The notes beneath the pieces are model-generated. The model saw only the letters and a list, made by a program, of their open reading frames with translations. It was not told the DNA's origin and did no database searches. DNA of 64,000 nt, taken from Heterodontus francisci. Lineage: Eukaryota. The translations under genes and the position numbers were made by a program. The stretch lies in the NCBI RefSeq assembly GCF_036365525.1, contig NC_090384.1, positions 55,177,895 through 55,241,894 of the forward strand. Direction: 5' to 3'. Shown here one piece after another: positions 42,601 to 55,889 of this stretch. Position 1 is the first letter of the stretch. Every line of letters begins with the position of its first letter.

Positions 42601-44940
42601 ACCTCATTACAGCCTTGGTCCAAACATGGACAAAGGAGCTGAATTCAAGAGGGAAGGTGAGAGTGATTACTCTCAACATTAAGGCAACATTTAACAGAGT
42701 ATGGCATCAAGGAGACCTGGCAAAATTGAAGTCAATGGGAATGGGGGAAAATCTCTTGACTGGTTGGAGTCATACCCAGCACAAAGGAAGATGGTTGTGG
42801 TTGCTGAAAGCTAATCATCTCAGTCCCAGGTCATCAGTGCCTGAGCTCCTCAGGGTAATGTCCTAGACACAACCATCTTCATCTGCTTCATCAATGACCT
42901 TCCCTCTATAAGGTCAGAAATGGGGACGTTTGCTGATGATTGCACAATGTTCAGTACCATTTGCAACTCTTCAGATACTGAAGCAGTTCAGATACTGAAG
43001 CAGTCCGTGACTACATGCAGCAAGACCTGGACAACATTCTGGCTTGGGCTGATAAGTGGCAAATAACATTCACGCCACACAAGTGCCAGGCAATGACCAT
43101 CTCCAACAAGAGAGCATCTAACCATCTCTGTTTGACATTTAATGGCAATACCAACATCCTGGGAGTTATCAATGACCAGAAACTGAACTGGACCAGCCAC
43201 ATAAATGCCATGACTACAAGAGCAGGAAATTCTGAGGCCTCCTGAGTCCCCAAAGTCTGTCCACCATCTACAAGGCACAAGTCAAGAGTGTGATGGAATA
43301 CTCTCCACTTGCCTAGATGAGTGCAGCTTTAACAACACTCAACAAGCTCGACACCATCCAGGACAAAGCAAACCGCTTGACTGGCACTCATCCACCAACT
43401 TAAACATTCATTCCCTCCAGCACCTACGCACAGCGGCAGCAGTGTGTACTATCTACAAGAACTGCAACAACTCACCAAGGATCCTCCGACAGCACCTTTG
43501 AAACCCACCTACCACCTAGGACGACAATGGCAACGGATGCATGGGAACACCAGTAGCTGCAAGTTCCCCTCCAAGCCACACAGTATCATGACTTGGAACT
43601 ATATTGCTGTTCCTTCACTGTCACTGGATCAAAATCCTGGAACTGCTTTCCCAACAGCACTGTGGGAGTGCCTGCACTAGATGAACTACAGAGGTTCAAG
43701 AAGGTGGTTCACCACCACCTTTTCAAGGGTAATTAGGGATGGGCAATAAATGCTGGACTTGTCAGCGATGCCCACATCCCATGAAGGAATAAATTAAAAC
43801 TGAAATTCAGCCCACTTCCAATCTAGCTGTTCTATCTTATACCATTCCTTGCTTATGATACAGTGATTCCCTACAGACACTTGGTCCAGTCGGCCTACCT
43901 AATTTCCCAGCACCAGATCAGCAATACCTGCTTTCTCCATGAGCCGAGAACACACTGATCAAGGAAGTTCTCCTGAACACAATGCAGAAATTCCTCTCCC
44001 TCTACTCTAAAATTATTCCAATCGATATTTAGGTAATATAGTCCCCCAATATCACCGCTCTGTTGTTCTTGCACATGATTTTCCTGTAGATTTGCCTCTC
44101 TCTCGGTCCCTATTTGGAGACTTACAGAATACGCCTAGTAGCATGATCATACCCTTTTTGCTTCTCACTTCTAACCAAATGGATTCTGTCCTTGCCCTCT
44201 CAAGGAAATCCTGTCTTTACAAAACCATAAATGACTTCCCCTCCCCACCCGCCCCCCCAAATCAGTACTAGGCCCCACTTCCCTTTTTACCTTCTCCATC
44301 TTTACTGAAGACTTTATATCCTTGTTTATTAAGCACCCAATCCTCACCATTTTTAAGCCAAGTTTCTGTAATTGCCACTACATCATATTCCCTTACTGCT
44401 ATTTCTGCTTGTAGCTCACCAACCTTATTCACTACGATTTGTTCTATTTACATACATGCATTATAATTCTGTCTTTGCATTCCTCAATGCCCTTCTCAGT
44501 TTGCTCCTATCTATATATGGAACTACTTCCTTCTCTAGTACTGTCCAACACTCTCATTATGCACATTGTTCCTCTTTTCTATTTCTAATGCTGGTGTCCA
44601 TCCCCTGCCAATTTAGTTTAAACTCTTCCCAACCACACTAGTGAACCTTCTCACGAGGACACTGATCCCAGTCCTGCTGAGTTGCAACCCATCCCTTTTG
44701 AATAGAGGCCTTCTGCCCCAGTACTGGTCCCAACTCCCCAAGAATCTGAAGCCCTCTCTCCTGCACCACGCATTGATCCTCCCTATCTTCCTATTTCTAC
44801 CCTCACTAGGGCATGTGCCTGGGAGTAATCCAGAGAGCATCACCTTTGAGGTCCTACTCTTTAGCATCCTCCCTAGCTCCTGCAAACCTGACCATAGAAC
44901 CGCAATACTTGCCATTGCTACGTCGTTGGTAATGTAGTAA
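33655..44940. mobile_element. Nested LINE cluster: old minus-strand CR1 (3' end about 33655; ORF1 SGNH-esterase region about 44613-44940) split by further minus CR1s (34770-37480, youngest 34901-35425), a plus LINE (37950-43800) and a plus CR1 (38860-41775)
   Basis: ORF track RT fragments (SGVPQGSVLGP, VDVVYLDFQ, KSPGPDNLHPRVLKE); ORF1 esterase-like ELGRMLKSRTSKV..WCRREGFRFL..KRDGLQL; host sequences resume across the inserts. Confidence 0.8.
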
Positions 44941-45851
44941 ATTACAGAGATGTGGAAAATCCAAGCTTCAACGCCAATACATGCTGACATCAGGATTTTG
45001 AAACATCATCTGGCATTGCATGACACTAACCAGCATTGCACTTGCAAGCTTTCAAAATCGGAGTATTTTGTGCTTTTATCTAATTTCAAACTATGGAAAC
45101 ATGCAGAGTGAAATAATTTTACTGCTGACACACATAAATCTACCATTCCATGGCAAAGAAACAATTTGCTTTCTTGTAATGCACTTCATATAAAATTTAC
45201 AAATCAAGAACTTAAGGCTTCATCAGGCACTATTTCCCAAACATCACTGTTTGCATTTGAGAAATAAGGTGTTTTAATGTCCCATATGATTTCACCAAAT
45301 CAGACCCATTCTGAATATGCCTAGTAATAATGTAACCCAACTTCTTCCACCCAATTGTGTCCCCTTCCCTCCAGCTGCATTATTCTAAGTATAGCTCTTC
45401 AATGTTTAAAATTTATGAACACTCGTATGTGGTCTGAGAACATAATGTCTCATCAATGCTCCACTAATACTAAAACTTAATTTTATGATTACAGTGAGCT
45501 GATTTTACCATGGTCAGAGTAATATGGCTACCAGTATAATGTGGATCTCAGCTAGAATCTTCTCCGAATAACTACTTCTAGTAGTGTAACTTTCTTACAA
45601 ACCTGTTAAGGGTACATTTATTAAGTTCACCTAACTATCTTTAGCATTAGAATACATTTAAAATCCAGTAATACTGTTTTGCACACCAGAAATAGCTGAC
45701 TGCTAAACTCAAGCGTCGTGGTGAAAGGTGGGAAATGATCACATACATTGGAGCAAATATAGTTTATGAAATTAGAACACAATATAGTTTAATTATAAAC
45801 AAAAAATTCCACATTTTCTACATTGCAGAAATGTTTTAAGAATATACGTAC

Positions 45852-46163
45852 CTAAATTCTCAGGAATATATTCTGCAAACCTTGGATACACAAGACTCTC
45901 ATGATGAACCTGGCATTTATATCTACTCTGTAGGTCTGATAATGCTGGAATAATTGTACATGAACTGGTAAGTTCATACAACTCATTATCAGGATTTTGA
46001 ACTATTTCAGATGTTTCAGCATCCTTAATAATGTCTTGATTTTTCAACCATTGGACAGTAATATTTTGAGGATAAAATGAATGCACTTTGCAGTTCAGAG
46101 TCAACTCTTTTCCAATTACAGGGTTCACTGGTTCACTGAAGATGGCATTAAGAGAAGGAAAAG
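45852..46163 (-). CDS. NCR3LG1: Post-TM C1-type Ig domain 3 (312 nt, phase 1-1)
   Basis: Acceptor cttattttatag|CT TTT CCT (AFPSLNAIFSEPVNPVIGK), donor TTA G|gtacgt. Motifs LNCKVHSFYP..WLKN..YKCQVHHESL. Confidence 0.85.
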
Positions 46164-46661
46164 CTATAAAATAAGAAACAGTAGATTATTACATACATAC
46201 ATACATATATATATCCTTCATATTTGTGATAAATTCGCTCATCTTTCCAAACAGAATCCTTTTTGGTTGTATAGGTTAAACGAGGCACCGGTGTTTTTCT
46301 TTACAGTAGTTCAATAGGATCTTTAACACCCACCTGAACAAGAATGTGGGGTCTCAGTTTAATATTTCATCCAAAGAATGACACCTCCAGCAGTGCAGTG
46401 CTGATTCTGTATGTGGTTTGAACCCAAAACCTTCAACTATCAACTGAGCCAAAATATTGCAACAGGAAATGGTAAATTTGTGTAAAATATGAAAGCAACT
46501 AAATTCCCAGAAGTGCTAAATGCTGACAACAGATGCCCAGAATGGAAAGTTATTCTAGTGCTGAAACTCTTCACATCAGTATCAATGTGAACAGAGGAAA
46601 AAAAGACACCAACGCATTTTAAAAGGTACCGAGTGAAACAAGACCTATGGATTTGGCTTAC

Positions 46662-47024
46662 CTTTTACTTCTAGTTGAACCTGTTGCACTGCTGGATTTC
46701 TCAAACCAATGTGTTCAACTTCACAGGAATATTCACTGTTATCATCTTCTCGGATCGTCGCATTAAAGAGCAACATGCTGCAGACGCTGTATGTGTGGTC
46801 AGGATAACTAAACTTGCTCATGCTATGGGAATATTTGTCCGAATAAATATTTTTTTCAGCTTCATTCTTGTGCATCAGCAAACGACGTTTGGATCCATTC
46901 ATTCGTTTATACCATGTGATCGTTAAAGGACGTGGCTTGAAAAAATTTATCGGACAAGTCAGGATCACTGAATTGTTATGATGGACGATAGGAGGTGTAA
47001 TTATGTTAGCCAATTTAGGAGGAA
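46662..47024 (-). CDS. NCR3LG1: Post-TM C1-type Ig domain 2 (363 nt, phase 1-1)
   Basis: Acceptor cccctctag|TT CCT CCT, donor AAA G|gtaagc. Motifs LTCPINFFKP..ITWYK..DHTYSVCS..EYSCEVEH. Confidence 0.85.
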
Positions 47025-50000
47025 CTAGAGGGGGGGAAAAAGCACAAAACATGCAGTTTTGATTATACACAACTTTTGAAGATAAATGTTATTGATTTAT
47101 CTTTTATCACACGTTATTCACAAAATTAAACGTCATCTCTATATGTATTAAGAAATCAAAGCTGTGTCCATTAATCTTGTGCCTTTTCAGTTCTCTCTGG
47201 GAATCACGCAAGGAGTCTGTTCCCTATCCTACTCTCGCCCTCTTAACCCATGCTGCAGTTCTAGTTTCTCTTTCACCCATAGCAACTCCTAGACATGCCA
47301 ACAATACAGTTCCAAATTCAGAACAAGTGTAACAAAAAGATATTACCCAGGGCAGAGGTCGGAATTTGGAAACAGCAGTAAGCAATTCAGCCCCACAAGC
47401 CTCCTCCGCTGTTCAATGAGATCGTGGCCTATCTGTATGTTAATTCCATCTATTTGCCCTGGTTCTGCAGTTTCCTACAACAATGACTACATATCAAAAG
47501 TATTTCATTAGATGTAAAGCACTTTGGCATGACCTGAGATTGTAAAAGTTATTATATAAAAATGTAAGTCTGTCTTTCTTTCCTTCTTACATTCAAACCT
47601 TTGCCTAACAAAAACCTATTAATCTCAGTTTTGAAATTTTCAAATTGACCTAGCCTCAACAGCATTTTGGGAAAGGAGTTCTAGAGAGGGTTGCATCTCT
47701 GCCCCATTTCTCCAAAGGCCCAGGCTCTCTCCTACATAAATAGGGAAAAATATATATTTTTACAGCTTTTAGTGGGTTAAAACCCCACCCCTGGCCCCAC
47801 GTCACTGACAGGAATAGGGGATTATAAGTGTGATGGAGAGAGAGTGAGCGAGAGTGAGAGAGGGAGAGAAAAAGAGGCTATACTGAAGCAAAGTAGCCTT
47901 CATCCTATCCAAAAATGACACTTATGTCCTTGTGAATAGGTCAGTCGGGAGAATGCAATGATTTTGTTGGGGGTGGGGGAAAAAAAATTAGGCTCGAGAC
48001 GAGAGAGACACACCAGGATTAATAAAGCTGTTGAAGTAGAAATAGAAGGCTTAGCTGATAGTGAGAAAATGTTACACAATAAAGGTAGTGGAAAGTAAAA
48101 ATATAATTGTAAAAGGAATAAAAGAAAACAAGGGGCTGGATTTTACCATCCCTCCAGGAACAGACTGGGAGGTAGGGGAAGAAGTTTGGGGGGAGGGTGG
48201 GGATGCCCATCATTTTCCTGACACCATGGAATTTTAATAATGGCGGGGAAGGTCAAGGACTGCCTTCCTGCCCAGAGGCCAAATGAGGCACTTAAGTGGC
48301 TCGGGAGTGGATGCCTCCTGATCTGGCAGCCTACGGCCCATACAAGGGCCGCCCCCAGCTGAAAGATCCCCATCCCCGGAACTCCACTTACCTAAATTCC
48401 GGGGCCTTCGCCATGGCTGCTGCACAAGGCCTCCGCCAATACCATCAGAATCACCCCCCTTGGTGGGCTGCTAGGACTGCTGAGCTGCCAGCCCTCTGAT
48501 TGGCTCGCAGCTCTTGGAGCGGGATCTTGTCCCCTAAAGGGGAAGGCATCCCAGACAGCAGGCAGTTAATTGCCTGCCCACCGCTGAATTCAGCAAGCAG
48601 TCCGGAAAATGGCTGAGGAGAAATGGTACAATCCTGCCAGTGTTGTAGTCCACCAAATAGTAAGGATAAGATACAAGAGGAAATATGCAGATATTTCAGA
48701 AAGTGTGCAATATAATTGGCGTGACTAAGTTAGAAAACAGGGCCTTAAATTGGCACTGAAGAATCTTCAAATGTTAGATGAAAGGTGTAGAAAATATATT
48801 TATATCAGGCACAAAAGAATAAAAGAATAGAGTTTGTAAATAAAAAGTAAACTGAAATTTAAAAAAGGAGGTATATGCTAAAACTAGGGCTAAGAATACT
48901 ACAGAAAATCAAAATATAGCAAGTATAGTAAGGTGAAAAGGGTAGAAGGGCAGAAAAATAGAAAAAATGTTTACAACATAGAAGTCGTAACATTTTTGTT
49001 TCAGTAAGTATATTGGAAGATAAATATTAAACAGAGTAGGACTTCTCTGCGATGAAGGAGGAAATCTTATTATGAAAAATGTAAGCATGGTGAGATATTA
49101 ATCAGAGCATTTGTCAACTTTTTTTAAATGATGGCAGGAGTGAGAATTCTTGTATTAGAGGAGGATGTGGAACAATTGCTGGGGATAACTAGAAAATAAA
49201 TCTGTGTTAGCAGAATTCAAGACGGCTAAGTCATTGAGCTCTTGGGGGGCGGGGAGGGGTGCTCCATCCTAGACCCTGATCACAATTTTTCAACCATTCT
49301 TAAACATGCAAATGGTGCCACAGTACCAGGTAAATATTGTTCAAGAAAGATAAATCAAGTTACTACAGACTCGCCAGTTGATCAGTTAAGGACAAATTTT
49401 TAGAATTTATAATTTGTGATTAAATTAACCAACATTTAAAGATGCAGGGGATAATCAAGGACAATGAGCACAGATTTGTTAAATGCAAGTTTTGTTTGAT
49501 AAATTTAATCGTTCTTTATTAAAAGGAGCTGATGGACTGTATTGATAAGGGAATTCAGTAATGTACTGCAAGTGGATTTTACAGAAGGAGATCGACGAGG
49601 TTTCTCAAGACCTTGGTTACAGAAATTGAGGTATATAATTGAAAAGGAAATGTAGCAAAAAGTTGGTTGGTGGGCAGCAATCAAGGATCAGCGTTAACAG
49701 ATGTTGCTCATATTGGAGAAGAGTCGTAAGTGATATATCGCAAGAACAATGCTGGAATAAAAGCAAAATACTGCAGATGCTGGAAATCTGAAATAAAAAC
49801 AAGAAATGCTGGAACCACTCAGCAGGTCTGGCAGCATCTGTGGACACAATGCTGGGCCCACTTTGTTCTACAATTATGTGCTAGTGAACTTAAGCGAGAC
49901 AGTAAGGGAGAGTCACCTTTTTGTTGATCTATGAACACTACCACAGGATATTGATTAGTTATTCTAAAAATGACCAAACCTTGAATTACTAACATGCTTT

Positions 50001-51055
50001 GTAAATCAGCGAAGAAAACTACTGCTTTTCTACAATAAGCTTCTGTCAATGCTTGGAAGAGTTGAAGAACATATCTGTAGAAAAAGAAAAATCTATCTAT
50101 CCCACAAATTATGAATTAAACATCATACCATCCCTACCACAAAAATAACACTTCTACAATAGCAAAACCACTCAAACATCCTATATTATAACAGAACCTG
50201 TACAATTACTGCCCTCTTATGGTGATATCTGATGCTTTTGTACTGCCAAGGGGCAGATATTTTGCAAAGAATTTCTTCAACAGTGATATTACAAAGGGAG
50301 AATACTTCTATCTTCATTCGTGTCATTACCAGAAAAACATCTTATAATGTTACGGATGGAAGAAATTCTACAAAACAATGTGTCTGCAAGCCACAAATAC
50401 ACTCTGAACTATGAAGCAACCTTGTTTTATACCATTTGTATGCGGCAACTTTCCATAAGGACCTTCCTTTAGTCTGCATTCAGTTCTCTGCTGGATTGTT
50501 GTAATTTCCTCCCATTCCCTCTGCATTCTTTCCCAACCTAGTTTTAGCCCCGATGTGTTCTCATCTATTGATGCTATTTGAACATTTCAATGTGACTGTG
50601 CCCTCTATTTTCCCTTTCACTTTCCTGCAGCTTTTTTCCTAAACCAGTAACCATATCATTTAAAAGCACTCAGATGGAGTTATAGATGGTGAATTTTACT
50701 ACAATGAATATAATTTTAACTAAGTTATCTATGAGAGGGCGGCAAACTTTGTCAAGAGGCCCATTCTCACATCTCACTGATACCTCATGGCAATGTTCAA
50801 CCACAGAAGTACAAATTTGTGAATTTCTCTTGGATGGAGCTGGTGGTATATTATACTGTTTAATGAATGCTGTGAGAATTACCATAAAGAACTAATTTTA
50901 CAACACAAAAAAGGCAGTTTTAGGCTACATGATTTGGGATTGCAACACTTAATGACTATAATCACAATATGGCAATGGAGACTGGATATGTGATCAAGCT
51001 GAACACATTCTACTTAACAGAATAATGATTTTTGATTGACTTATAAAAAGCTTAC

Positions 51056-51478
51056 TTCCATCAACTTGCAAATGGATCCTTCTGCAAATGCCTTCACTGA
51101 CAGATGGATGCATCACTTTACATATGACTTCTGCATTATTGTCCTCATTGATGTCAGGATAAACCTCAAGAATGCTAGAAATGCTGGATGTTCCATCATC
51201 ATTTTTCTGGAAACTGCCTAGCTTGACTTTCCATTCGCTGTCAGTTTCAGTCCTTCCGACAGCGCATTCTGTTTCCCTGTTCTTGCTGAAAGGGAAATGA
51301 AACATGTAGGCTTGTTGCCATTCAGCAATCAACTTCACTTCAGTGTCCTTCCGTCTCTTCAAATGCCAGCTGACAGTAATAATTTGAGGTCGGAATCCAG
51401 ACACTTGGCATATAAACTCTGCAGGTTCTTGGTGTACAATTCTAGCAGGTATTTGAATGTCTGACACTTTTGGTACAA
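51056..51478 (-). CDS. NCR3LG1: Post-TM C1-type Ig domain 1 (423 nt, phase 1-1), with a long insertion after the C-strand Trp
   Basis: Acceptor ttttattcccag|TT GTA CCA, donor GGA A|gtaagc. Motifs FICQVSGFRP..VSW..KNDDGT..VICKVMH. Confidence 0.85.
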
Positions 51479-52420
51479 CTGGGAATAAAAAAAAGAGAAA
51501 TTTCAAGATGAATTGATTCAAATGATCTTTGACACTAGCTGAAAATTCCTATCAGTTGTCTTGTCTTCATTGATTGTGAAATACTAGCAGTTGATTTAAT
51601 TCTCACATTTAATATTCACCATCTAGACTACCCAAAAGGCACTTTAAAAATTATAAGCACTAGCAGAACTCCTACAGTCAGATAAGGGATTTAGTCACCA
51701 TTAAGTAAACTCTATTTTAGGCTCTAAATTTAAAAGTAATCATGCATATTTAAATTCAATTAATCTGGCATGAGCTTGGATAAATTGATTAGTGGAGGGG
51801 AAGATTGTCGCTAGCTGCGAGATACAACAATATTGCAACATTTTTATGAAGAACAGAGTTACAATTTTACTACACCTAGTGCATGTAGGACATCTCCTAT
51901 GGTAATTTACCAATTCAGAGTTTACGGGAAGGTAGCGATCAAGTAAACAGATGAACACAAAAATGTACCAAGTGCAAAATGGAACTGAGCAAAAAGAAAA
52001 CTCTCAAAGTGTGGGATTGCAACAAGTCAGGGTCAACAATGGTTAACAGTGCAGTTCAAAATATTAGAAGTTTAGCAATGAGTCATAAAGTTATTACAGT
52101 ACAGAAGGAGGCCTTTTGACCAATTGAGTCCATGCTGGCTCTCCATAGAGGAATCCAATCAGTCCCATTCCCCTTTTCTATCCCCCTAGCCCTCTAAGTT
52201 TATTTCCTCAAGTCCCCATCCAATATCCTTTTGCAATCATATATTGTCTCCACTGCCACCACCCTCGTAGGCAGAGTGTTCCAGGTCATTACCATTCTCT
52301 GGGTAAAAGGTTCTTCCTCACATCCCCCCTGTATCTCTTGCCCAAAATCTTAAATCTGTGTCACCTAGTTCTTGTACCATCATCTAATGAGAACCGCTTT
52401 TCTTTGTCTACCCTATCTAA

Positions 52421-52748
52421 GGCGGCACAGTGGCACAGTGCTTAGCAACGCAGCCTCACAGCTCCAGGGACCCGGGTTCAATTCTGGGTACTGCCTGTGC
52501 AGAGTTTGCAAGTTCTCCCTGTGACCGCGTGGGTTTTCGCCGGGTGCTCCGGTTTCCTCCCACCACCAAAGACTTGCAGGTGGTAGGTAAATTGGCCATT
52601 GTAAATTGCCCCTAGTGTGGGTAGGTGGTAGGGAATATGGGATTACTGTAGGGCTAGTATAAATGAGTGGTTCTTGGTCGGCACAGACTCGGTGGGCCGA
52701 AGGGCCTGGTTCAGTGCTGTATCTCTAAGTAAATAAATAATAAATAAA
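52421..52748 (+). mobile_element. V-SINE (HE1-like) inserted into a CR1 3' fragment
   Basis: Same head and V-domain with a (TAAA)n tail; CR1 sequence continues on both sides (about 52085-53110). Confidence 0.88.
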
Positions 52749-53533
52749 CCTGTCATAATCTTGTACACCTCTATCAAATCTCTTCTCAATCTCCTTTGCT
52801 CCAAGTAGAACAAACGTAGCTTTTCCAATCTAACCTCGTAGCTAAATTTCCTCACCCTTGCAACCATTTTGGTAAATCTCCTCTGCAACCTCTCAACGAC
52901 CCTCACAGCCTTCCTAAAGTGTGGTGACCAGGACTGGATGAAATACTCTAGTTGTGGTCTAACCAGAGCTTTATAAATATTCAACATAACCTCCCTGCTT
53001 TTGTACTCAATGCCGCTATTTATGAAGCCCAAGATCCCATATGCTTTGTTAACTACTCTCTCAATATGTCCTGCCACCTTCAAAAGATCTATACACATGA
53101 ATCCCCAGAAGTGGAAAAAGAGGATAACAAAAAAGAGAGCAACTGAAAAGACTGCTAGACAGAGGGGACTTGGGTAATGGAATGCAGAAGAAATCGCAAA
53201 ATAGAACAGAACTTTTTTTTTTAAAAAAAAAGAGCACGTGGGAAATGACAAAATAATGATGTATCTGCATTCCAAGCCTATGGAATGGTTTCAAGCCACC
53301 AGAGTACCTGCACATCAACTTGAAGCTGTGCTTTCCAATGGAGTCACTGTGGAAAACACAAAATGTTCTCTAACTCATGTTTTTGGTACAGCTCAGCAGA
53401 TACAAAGACCCTACTTGAGGACCCTTATGTTAGCGAAAAAATTACATTTTGGAAATAATTAGAAATAAATTGAAAGTAAGCTCCTCACTCCTTTTTTGAG
53501 ATGTAGAGTAGTTTGAATCAACGATTAGTCCCT

Positions 53534-53667
53534 TTACAGTTTCCTTCCCTTCTTCACCCGCCCACTGACAATAAATTCCAGAATATACTCAGTAAAGTGG
53601 TACCAGATCAAAGATTGAAGTATAGTAAGAGAGTATAAAAGATCGGAGTAACAGTAGCGTTCTGTAG
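53534..53667 (-). CDS. Candidate alternative terminal cytoplasmic exon: ATERYCYSDLLYSLTILQSLIWYHFTEYILEFIVSGRVKKGRKL*
   Basis: Strong acceptor ttttctctttgcag about 400 nt after the TM exon; open in phase 1 for 44 residues to TAA. No transcript evidence. Confidence 0.3.
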
Positions 53668-54061
53668 CTGCAAAGAGAAAATCATTAAGGAGTTAATGAA
53701 GGTAAAACAAAGATGCTAAGCAGAAAATTATCCATCAAAATGCAAAATACTTGATGGCTAAACATTTCATATGTCATTTACATCTCAATTAAACACTCTT
53801 GTTTGCACACTAATCATTTCTGTTTAATAACAATTGATTGGTACTGCTAAAACCTGAAGCAAAAAAATTAAACAATTGTAACAAGTTTGAAGAAGCACTG
53901 GTTAACCAGCGGATACAAGAATTTGCTATAACAGCAGCAACAATGTGACACATTGCACAGTCTCTTGTCCCCCACACACCCCCATAACCCAAGTTTCCTT
54001 TGAGTCATTTTACTCCAAGTTTATTCCATAATTCGTCTGAACACCCAGAATATAGATTTAC

Positions 54062-54178
54062 CTTTGTAATAGAACCGCATATAGAGGAAAATTCCTAGTA
54101 TGATCAATGCAATAGAAATAATAATGCTTGTAATCACGCTTCCAACTATTGATCCTCTGGCCAGACGAATTTGTGCTT
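54062..54178 (-). CDS. NCR3LG1: B7-H6-like transmembrane exon (117 nt, phase 1-1): EAQIRLARGSIVGSVITSIIISIALIILGIFLYMRFYYK
   Basis: Acceptor ttttcttttacag|AA GCA, donor AAA G|gtaaat. In frame with both flanking exons; about 23 uncharged hydrophobic residues followed by basic residues. Translated by hand; not in the ORF track. Confidence 0.85.
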
Positions 54179-54339
54179 CTGTAAAAGAAAATTTACATAT
54201 TTCTCATACTGGATTTTTAAAAATAATTCTACAACTCATTAGTGCAAAAATGTGCAATCTCAAAGTACGGTCGAGAAATACTTAAGCATTTGTTTTCACA
54301 CCTGAACATATATTGTTTGCAACCCAGTTTTGCTACTTG

Positions 54340-55310
54340 GCAAACTGGTTATTGATAAGGCAAAATGCAGTGTTCCACAAGGATCAGTGCTGGGACCACT
54401 ATTATTTGTAATTTACATTAATGTTTAGGAATAAATAACTCACTATCAAAATTTGCAAACAATACCAAACTGGAGAGTGGGTATAACAAACACTGAGGAA
54501 GAATGCAACATAATGAGAAGACATTAGAAAATTTGCAGACCAGGTAGTAAAGTGGCAAATAATCTTTATCGTCAATAAATGTGAGGTACACTCTGGTCGG
54601 AAAGATCAGTAATGTCACCTATACCTTAAAAATATGTTTTAAAAAACTGAATGGAGTACAAGTGCCAAGAGATCTAGGGATACAGATGAGCAAATCATTA
54701 AAAACAACATTGCAACAAAGCCATTAAAAATGCCAGAAAAATTCATTTATTTATAGGGGTATAAAATGTGTTAAACTTGTATAGGAACCTAGTCAGGCTA
54801 CACTTGAAGCACCATGCACAGTTCTGGTCTCCTATGAGAAGGTCACAGAAGCACTGGAGAAAGTTCTGGTACCATCCTGTTTTACACTATGAGATCACAG
54901 CTATTAGGAAAAGATTAAATAGAGTGGGACCTTTTCCTTTGGAAAAGAGGAGATTTAGAGGGCTTTAAAATTACAAATGGGTTGGATAAGGTAGAAATGG
55001 AGAGAATATTTCCATTGGTGGGAGAATTCAAAACTGAGGGCCATAAATGCAAGATAGTTACTAATAAATTCAACAAGGATATGAGAAACTTCTTTACTTC
55101 GGAGAGTGGTTAGTATGAGGAACTCGCTATCAGAGGAAGTGACTGTGGCAACTTAGATGGTTTTAAAAGCAAACTAGTCAAGTCCACTAAAGTAAAGGGA
55201 ATAACAAAGGCTGAGATGAGACGAGGAGATTTGTGTGTGGTTATGAACACTAGCAGACTAATTGGGCCAAATGGCCTGTTTCTGTCCTGTATATTCTATG
55301 TAATTCTGTG
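54340..55310 (+). mobile_element. Old CR1 fragment in the C1-TM intron
   Basis: VPQGSVLGP, FANNTK and LYRNLVRLHL..QFWSP remnants, then a CR1 3' end. Confidence 0.65.
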
Positions 55311-55889
55311 TAAAAATCGTAGTCAAGTTTGGAACCAGGTCTATGCGGAACAATGGTCATAGGCTAATTTTCCACTAAGAAGGTTTGTTAATGGAATGAA
55401 GTGAAAAATTATTAAACAAACTATAAATCACCTTTCAAAAGCCAAGAAAATTATCAAGACGCACATGAAGGTCAGAACTGGAAGTTTGGTAAGGAAAATG
55501 TGTCCAGGTTATTGGATGGAACAACCTGGTACTTAAAAATGTGAATCCACAGATTCGAAAAAGCTCCCACAAAATGCTCAAAACCGTAGCAAAATAAGAG
55601 TTATTAATCACAATACACATGTATTCTAATTTATTTTCAACTGTAGGAAGAAGTTAAGAGTTTTTTTATTAACATCAATTTAAAATGTTTTGTAAAAATA
55701 CATTAAAAGTTCAAAAGGCCTTTGCCTGTCACCATCAAACTAATCCATACAAAAGCTTCATATTTAATTGTTTCCCCAATAAAAGTTGAAACTGCAATAC
55801 ATTAGTTAAAACTGAAGTGTTTTTCAATATGAACTTAACCAAAATGTTTTATACTTTGCATTTTAAAAGCTAAAACCACCACAACTGAC

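Noticed and set aside
28782-43680. RT-like ORFs (e.g. 28782-29519, 34976-35815, 36678-37166) as host genes or active elements
   Set aside because: Truncated, frameshifted LINE fragments; 34976-35815 is a chance in-frame fusion of two nested CR1 pieces.
49917-50074. Exon-like segment with strong acceptor (ttttctttttctacag) and donor (AAAG|gtgact) between post-TM domains 1 and 2
   Set aside because: In the required phase 1 it stops after 9 codons; the open frame is phase 2 and not Ig-like. At most a minor or poison exon.
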